DNA of 64,000 nt. Source: Candidatus Multivoradales bacterium (lineage in GTDB: Bacteria > Acidobacteriota > Thermoanaerobaculia > Multivoradales > J023). Shown in pieces: positions 59,601 through 64,000 of the stretch. The stretch covers positions 1,024,001 to 1,088,000 of the forward strand of contig CBDFLE010000005.1 in NCBI GenBank assembly GCA_965248925.1, in the 5' to 3' direction. The position numbers and the translations under genes were made by a program. The notes beneath the pieces are model-generated. The model was not told the origin of the DNA. It worked only from the letters and a program-made list of their open reading frames with translations, and did not search any database. The stretch's first letter is position 1; each line of letters starts with the position of its first letter.

Positions 59601-60436
59601 AAATCGGTCACCACCACCCGCGGCTCGGCGCCGGCGCCCGGCACCAGGAAGACGTTTTCGCACTTGAAATCGCGATGGACAACCCCAGCCCGGTGGGCAG
59701 CGTCGAGCGCCGCCGCCATCTGCCCCGCCAAGGGTAGAATCTCGCTGCAAGCCAGGCGACCTCGACGGCGGACGAGCGCTTGCAGGGTCTCACCCTCGAG
59801 CAGTTCCATGCTGAGGAAGATTAGCGGCGGCGCCGCCCGTGAGACGCGATGCTGACCGAGGTCGAAGATGCGGCAAACATTGGGATGGGTCACCCGGCGG
59901 GCCAGATGAATCTCCCTCTTGAAGCGATCGACCACTCCGGCATCGGCCCCCACCCGGGCGCCGATGGTTTTCAGTGCCACGCGGGTGCGCAGCTCGGTGT
60001 CTTCAGCTTCGTAGACCTCACCCATGCCACCATGGGCGATGAAACGGACAATGCGGTAGCGGTCCTGGAGAATCTCACCCGGCTGGAAAACCTGTGGCAG
60101 AGGCAGAATCACCGACTCGACCGGTGGCAGAGCATATCCCCTGGCCTCACCGACAGCCGGTGTCGACTGGCGCAACTGGCCGGTGGAGACCACTGCCGTG
60201 GGGTTCGGCGGCATGCCGGTCACCGCTCTCCCCAAGGCTGCCGAAGGAGCGGGAGACGGACGACTTGGAGGGCGGGTCGGCCGCGGCGGCGGCGCGCTGC
60301 CGCCAGCTGAGGCAGCACGATGGCGCAAGCGATAGCGCGCTCCACACGACGGACACACCACCCTCACCGCGGCACCCTTGCGCTGCTCAGCCGAGATTGG
60401 AATGTCGACGCTACACTTGCTACATCTGAGCTTCAC
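56669..60436 (-). CDS. Ser/Thr kinase with N-terminal zinc ribbon, TM, TolB-N/FlgO-like domain and TPRs
   Basis: CSKC...CPSC, GGMGEVY, HRDFK, DFG, GTPAYMAPEQ, SVAVLGFENRTG and many LNNLA repeats. Confidence 0.92.
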   Translation of the reverse strand: MKLRCSKCSVDIPISAEQRKGAAVRVVCPSCGARYRLRHRAASAGGSAPPPRPTRPPSRPSPAPSAALGRAVTGMPPNPTAVVSTGQLRQSTPAVGEARGYALPPVESVILPLPQVFQPGEILQDRYRIVRFIAHGGMGEVYEAEDTELRTRVALKTIGARVGADAGVVDRFKREIHLARRVTHPNVCRIFDLGQHRVSRAAPPLIFLSMELLEGETLQALVRRRGRLACSEILPLAGQMAAALDAAHRAGVVHRDFKCENVFLVPGAGAEPRVVVTDFGIARADDPFAAEVTGAGYVGTPAYMAPEQLESETITPEADVYAFGVVLYELLTGRLPFEGETPLIKAVKRLKEPPTPPHVHLPDIDPRWQRVILRCLERRPADRFHSAVEVVAALEAKPLHPSPTALAGPTLNLSRRATADLDSTAVGPPTASLRLPNRRRPGLGAALMLVVLLAAGVWAWNRWWQPGAQTLTPRSSVAVLGFENRTGRDEVAWMSTALGEMLSTELARGESLRTVPAATIARVRRELQLSAGGVLSEDLLHRLRATAGCDFVVSGGYVARGDGQPLRLDLRLQDTALARTVASLGETAADGDIFALVTRLGDQLRQQLGAEAATTSAVSGLPTNAGIARLYAEAIEALRGSRPVEARDLLQQAVAGEPGRAFLHSALSQAWDALGYAARATQQAKRAFELSTELGREDRLLLEGLYRKSAGEWPAAIEIFDSLWQTFPDNLEYGLRLAAVEVAGGSPRAALETTDELQLLPPPSSDDPRIDLAMASASTALGDFAGKLAAAESAAEAAGGLGASLLLGEARLVAADAQQALGQAAASRASAEQALAIYTRLALPTHAALALLKRGNSLLDLGHMADAERDYTEALSRFRSIGDQDGVATSLGSLALQARRRGELDRAQTLYGETAAIYRETGNRHGLATALNNLAVLFVNRDDLEKARDLLEDVLITWKELGQRGAVAYTLNNLAAVERLAGELEASRRRGAEALELHRQLGQKGGEVSALNNLALVFFRVGELERAGDLLGQARTLAEEIDSPSKLAQTLYQQAELERVVGERAAARQLHQEALELRRELGEVAGLTESQIALARLSILEGEPVAAEEQAVLAAAACQRAGRAAEEALARAVVVQALGASGRYADAAAELRLAESLAAISDRKLVVIEVGLAGVGLELARHHTAAAGRHLEAATALATLSGYAEQQLLGELLRAELRIAAGGGAEGGAIAQRVRERAAARGYVALAERAGRVGS

Positions 60437-60598
60437 CCACCCATGCTCCTAGCCAGACCCGCCAAGCGAGCCGTCCAAGCGGTGCTCGTCTGAGCAGCGC
60501 TGGAGGTTGTGGAATTCGGCCAAGCATATCCAATCGGCCGGCCCTGCCGCCGGGCGATGGCTCTTTTTTGCATCAAACCCAGAACCAGCGAAGCCTCT

Positions 60599-62701
60599 TC
60601 AGAAACGGTGGCGCACCCCGCCAAAGCCCTCGAAACCGGCCGCCGGGCGTGCTGAGAAAGCGCCAAATGCCTGCGTGAAGTAGTCTTCGCCGGTGAGGTT
60701 CTTGAGCACCAACCGCCAACTGGTCGGGCCCCGATGGTAGCTCAGGCTGGCGTCGACAATCACCGCTTCGCCGAGTTCCAAGGCGTTGTTGGCATAGGCA
60801 TATTGCTCGCCCAGGTAGCGTGCCCCGCCCGCGATGCCGAGGCCGTTGGGGAAGCGCTTGGACAGCCACAAGCTGGCCAGATGCCGGGGAGCAAAGGCGG
60901 CGGCGTTACCCGAGTAGTCGGCGATGAAGAAGTCGGTCGGGCCGGGACCGAAGACCACCAACTCGGCAAACTCCACCAACTCGGCCTCGGTGAAAGCGTA
61001 GGTGAAGGAGCAGTCGAAGCCTTCCGCCAAGCGGGCGTACAGCTCGAATTCGGCACCCCGCGAGCGCTGATCGCCTTGCTGGCCGGTGATGCCGGAGGAG
61101 TCCGGAATCGACAGATTGCTGCGCTCGATCTGGTACAGCGACAAATTGAGCCGCAGACGACCGTCGGCCAGGTCGAGCTTGGCGCCGACTTCGATCTGCT
61201 GCCCTTCCTCGGGTTCGATCTCGCCGACGGTCAAGGTCGAGGGCGGCTCGAAGGATTCGGCATATTGAACGTAGAGCGACAGCTGTTCGAGCGGCTGACC
61301 GACGATCGCCACCAGGGGACTGAGCTGGCTATCGTCACGGTCGCTGCGCACCGTGCCATCGGCCTGGTAGTCGACGATGTCGAGACGCGCTCCGAGCACC
61401 ACCTGGAAGAGGTCGGAAAAGCTGATTTGATCGAGCACATAAGGCGCAATCACCACGCTGCGCCCGTCCACTGCCAAGCCTTGGCCAGGTATCGGGAATA
61501 GGGGCAGCTGGGCGGTTTCGACGGGGTGAAAGGCATCGACCGAGGGCAGAAATGCAACCCCGAGGGTGAAATCGTCGGCAAGCCGCTGCACTTCCAAACC
61601 GGCGATCAGCTGGTGGCTGAAAGCGCCGCTCTCGAGCGTCAGCACCGCATCGATCTGCAGCCCGGCAAAGCTCTGCTGGTCGTCCAGTTCGGTCTGCGTT
61701 CGCAGCACGTCGATTCCGCCTTGCCGCCCGGGAGAGACACCGACGATCAAGGTGCCGTCACTCCGCCAATCGAGGCTGGTAAAGTAGATCTTCTCGCGCC
61801 ATCGCAAGCTGTCCGACAGGCGGTGTTCCAGATCGAGCTGCAAGCGGGTAACGCGCTGTACAGAAAAGTCGAACGGGCTCGAGTAGTTGCGTTCCCGCGG
61901 CAGGTCGAGCAGGTTGCCGAAGAAGACCGGTAACCCGGAGTCCGGCCGATACTCACTCTCCGCCGCCTCCAAGCTTAGCGAAGCGGTGGTGCTCTCTCCG
62001 AGCCGCCAGTTGAACACCGGGTTGATCGCCCAGGCCGTGCTGTCGTTGCGCTCGCGATGGTTGTCAGACTGACGCCAAAAGCCGTTGATCCGCAGCCCTT
62101 GCCGGCGCTCGGCGAAATCGCGGTTGATGTCAAAAGCGGCTTCGATCGTCGAGTTTGAGCCGCCGTAAAGGCCAACCTCGGTGAAGTTGCTGGCCGCGGG
62201 TTGTTTGCGCACCAAGTTCACCGTGCCGGCCAACGCCCGACCGCCGTAGAGAAATCCCGCCGCCCCTTTCAGCACCTCGACCCGCTCGATGTTGTAGAGA
62301 TGATGAATCGTCGACTCAGGCTCGATGGCACCGTCGGAGAGGATCAAGGCGCCGGTCACCGACTCGAAGCCCCGCAGCACGAAGCGGTCGAAGACTCCTG
62401 AACCGGTCTGGGGATTGACCCCGCTGACATTGCGCAGCGCATCGCCGAGGTTCTCGGCTCCTTGTTGCAGCAGCCGCTCTCGCTCCACTCGCGACAAGCT
62501 GGCCGGGATGGCAGCTTCGGTCATCGGCAAGCGAGTGGCGATCGAACTCTGGCTCGAACGTGGCGGCAGACGCTCCTCCACTTCGACGGTTTCACTCAGG
62601 GTGAGCTGCGGTTGCTGCTCCGCTGTCACTTCCGGCGCCGCGGTTTGAGCACCAGAAGTCCAGCAGAGGGCCGCGCATACGCAAAAAATCATCGACTTCA
62701 T
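60599..62701 (-). CDS. TonB-dependent receptor (siderophore-receptor-like)
   Basis: Signal peptide, ETVEV TonB box, IERVEVLKG...LYG, KNLTGEDY and terminal Phe. Confidence 0.93.
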   Translation of the reverse strand: MKSMIFCVCAALCWTSGAQTAAPEVTAEQQPQLTLSETVEVEERLPPRSSQSSIATRLPMTEAAIPASLSRVERERLLQQGAENLGDALRNVSGVNPQTGSGVFDRFVLRGFESVTGALILSDGAIEPESTIHHLYNIERVEVLKGAAGFLYGGRALAGTVNLVRKQPAASNFTEVGLYGGSNSTIEAAFDINRDFAERRQGLRINGFWRQSDNHRERNDSTAWAINPVFNWRLGESTTASLSLEAAESEYRPDSGLPVFFGNLLDLPRERNYSSPFDFSVQRVTRLQLDLEHRLSDSLRWREKIYFTSLDWRSDGTLIVGVSPGRQGGIDVLRTQTELDDQQSFAGLQIDAVLTLESGAFSHQLIAGLEVQRLADDFTLGVAFLPSVDAFHPVETAQLPLFPIPGQGLAVDGRSVVIAPYVLDQISFSDLFQVVLGARLDIVDYQADGTVRSDRDDSQLSPLVAIVGQPLEQLSLYVQYAESFEPPSTLTVGEIEPEEGQQIEVGAKLDLADGRLRLNLSLYQIERSNLSIPDSSGITGQQGDQRSRGAEFELYARLAEGFDCSFTYAFTEAELVEFAELVVFGPGPTDFFIADYSGNAAAFAPRHLASLWLSKRFPNGLGIAGGARYLGEQYAYANNALELGEAVIVDASLSYHRGPTSWRLVLKNLTGEDYFTQAFGAFSARPAAGFEGFGGVRHRF

Positions 62702-62821
62702 CGCTGCATTATTCCTCTTCGCGGCGTTCCTTGCCACAAGTTGTTCACTGCTGAAACGCGAAAAGGCAGGAAGCCGACCCTTCAGCTTCCCGCCTCGCAC
62801 TGCCCATCGTCGCGACTGGGT

Positions 62822-64000
62822 TTAGGGCATGGTAAACGACCAGATGCTGGTGTCGCCAGTTTCGAAGCCATTCAAGAAGATGGGAATGCCCCCACAATCA
62901 TTGGAGAAGCTACCAATGCGGTGTCCCCAGGGTGCTGTAATTCCGAGTGAGGTCTTCGAGTACAGGCCCAGGTACCAAGTGCGATTACCATCTGGATCGC
63001 TGGTGGCACCCGCGTAATCGCCCCAACGAGTTGGGTTGGCGGCCTGAGAGTAGTGCCCCTCGCCGGCCTTCAAAGTGCCTTCAGCCATGGTCGTGCCGAG
63101 GGCGTCTGCCGCCAAGCGGCCGGTAACATAAGCGCCCGCGAAGGAGGTCGTACTGCTCTTGGAATAGCCGATGGTCATGTTGCCGCAGGCGTCGACCGCC
63201 AGATCCGCGAAGGTGCGGTACTCGCCATCGCTGGAGATCACACCCGATTGGACAACCGTGGGGCCGCTGGGATCGATCTCCGCCCAGCGAATGCAATTGA
63301 CCGTACCCGCTCCCGGATTACAAGAGATTGCCTGATCGGTCCACACCGAGCCATTGCGATACTCAGCGTCCTGCACCCGCCAGTCGTTGGCTTGAAGATT
63401 CGGCGCACCGCCCATCTGCGGACTGTTGACCGGGAAACCGGCGGATACGCCCGAGGGGACGCCGAGATCGAGGGGGCCGATGTTGGTGAGCGTGTTGGCG
63501 CCCAGAGGATCGACCCACGACCAGATACCAATGCTGTCGCCGTTGCCGAAAACCGCGTCGGTCAGGATGTAGTGAATGCCGTTCGAGGGCCAGGTGCCCT
63601 GGTCGAACCCGTGCAAGTTCATCGGCTGCGGCGTGCTTTCGCTACCCAAGCTGCGCATCACCGGCGCGGGCAGCGGGTCGCCCGCATACATCGCCGCCTT
63701 GTCGATGGCGAAAAGGACGCCACGTACTCCCCCCCCGGCCAGGAAGTTGTTGGCACCCATGACAATGGCGTCTTCGCCAACCCCGGCGTGGGGATAGTCG
63801 AAGAAATCACCGCCGGTGGCGGTGACGAAACGGTAGGCGTTCCACAGACCGGTCGGATCGCTGGTCTGGCTGACCGCGATGCAGTAGCCGACGCCCCCCT
63901 GGTCGACACCCAGGATGTAGCGCCCGGTCGACTCGTCGTAGAGAACGTTGGGATCGAACAGTCCAGTACAGCCGGCAACGCCCGAGAAGAAGCTGCCGAA
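62822..64000 (-). CDS. Secreted beta-rich protein (5' partial) with C-terminal IFLNGFETGDTSIWS motif
   Basis: Frame is open from the window end (FDPNVLYD, AVSQTSDPTG.W, DYP, RWGDY). Confidence 0.85.
   Translation of the reverse strand, partial: FGSFFSGVAGCTGLFDPNVLYDESTGRYILGVDQGGVGYCIAVSQTSDPTGLWNAYRFVTATGGDFFDYPHAGVGEDAIVMGANNFLAGGGVRGVLFAIDKAAMYAGDPLPAPVMRSLGSESTPQPMNLHGFDQGTWPSNGIHYILTDAVFGNGDSIGIWSWVDPLGANTLTNIGPLDLGVPSGVSAGFPVNSPQMGGAPNLQANDWRVQDAEYRNGSVWTDQAISCNPGAGTVNCIRWAEIDPSGPTVVQSGVISSDGEYRTFADLAVDACGNMTIGYSKSSTTSFAGAYVTGRLAADALGTTMAEGTLKAGEGHYSQAANPTRWGDYAGATSDPDGNRTWYLGLYSKTSLGITAPWGHRIGSFSNDCGGIPIFLNGFETGDTSIWSFTMP

Overview
GC-rich bacterial chromosomal window. The gene content (many PQQ-like beta-propellers, ECF sigma/Ser-Thr kinase pairs, TPR kinases, a C-terminal IFxxGFETGDxSxWS motif) suggests Acidobacteriota (Thermoanaerobaculia-like) or Planctomycetota; this taxonomy is an inference. 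Layout: (1) 1-7.5 kb and 18.4-26.2 kb look like two halves of one uncharacterised biosynthesis/export cluster: EhpF-like adenylating enzyme, EhpG/LuxC-like reductase, Fe-ADH, HemN-like radical SAM, beta-propellers, then a halogenase-like flavoprotein, GT4, thioesterase and LolD/FtsX-type ABC exporter. (2) Between them is a ~10.9 kb block with an Xre-RES toxin-antitoxin pair, an ECF-kinase pair, and a roadblock x3 / globin / MglA-like GTPase operon. (3) 26-38 kb holds mostly ordinary metabolic genes plus a Phd-VapC pair. (4) 38-55.6 kb is a decaying accessory region bracketed by an 85-bp diverged direct repeat of a beta-propeller gene's 3' end. It contains a stop-interrupted M12 peptidase, a broken kinase with its ECF, a complete four-ORF IS21 element with IRs and a 5-bp TSD, a 3'-truncated group II intron sitting in an RHS remnant, and an HTH-TPR gene divergent from two pterin-dehydratase-like genes that lack catalytic histidines. 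(5) The window ends with a large TPR kinase, a TonB-dependent receptor and a partial secreted protein. No rRNA, tRNA or CRISPR array was recognised. All family calls come from motif recognition by eye, not database searches.
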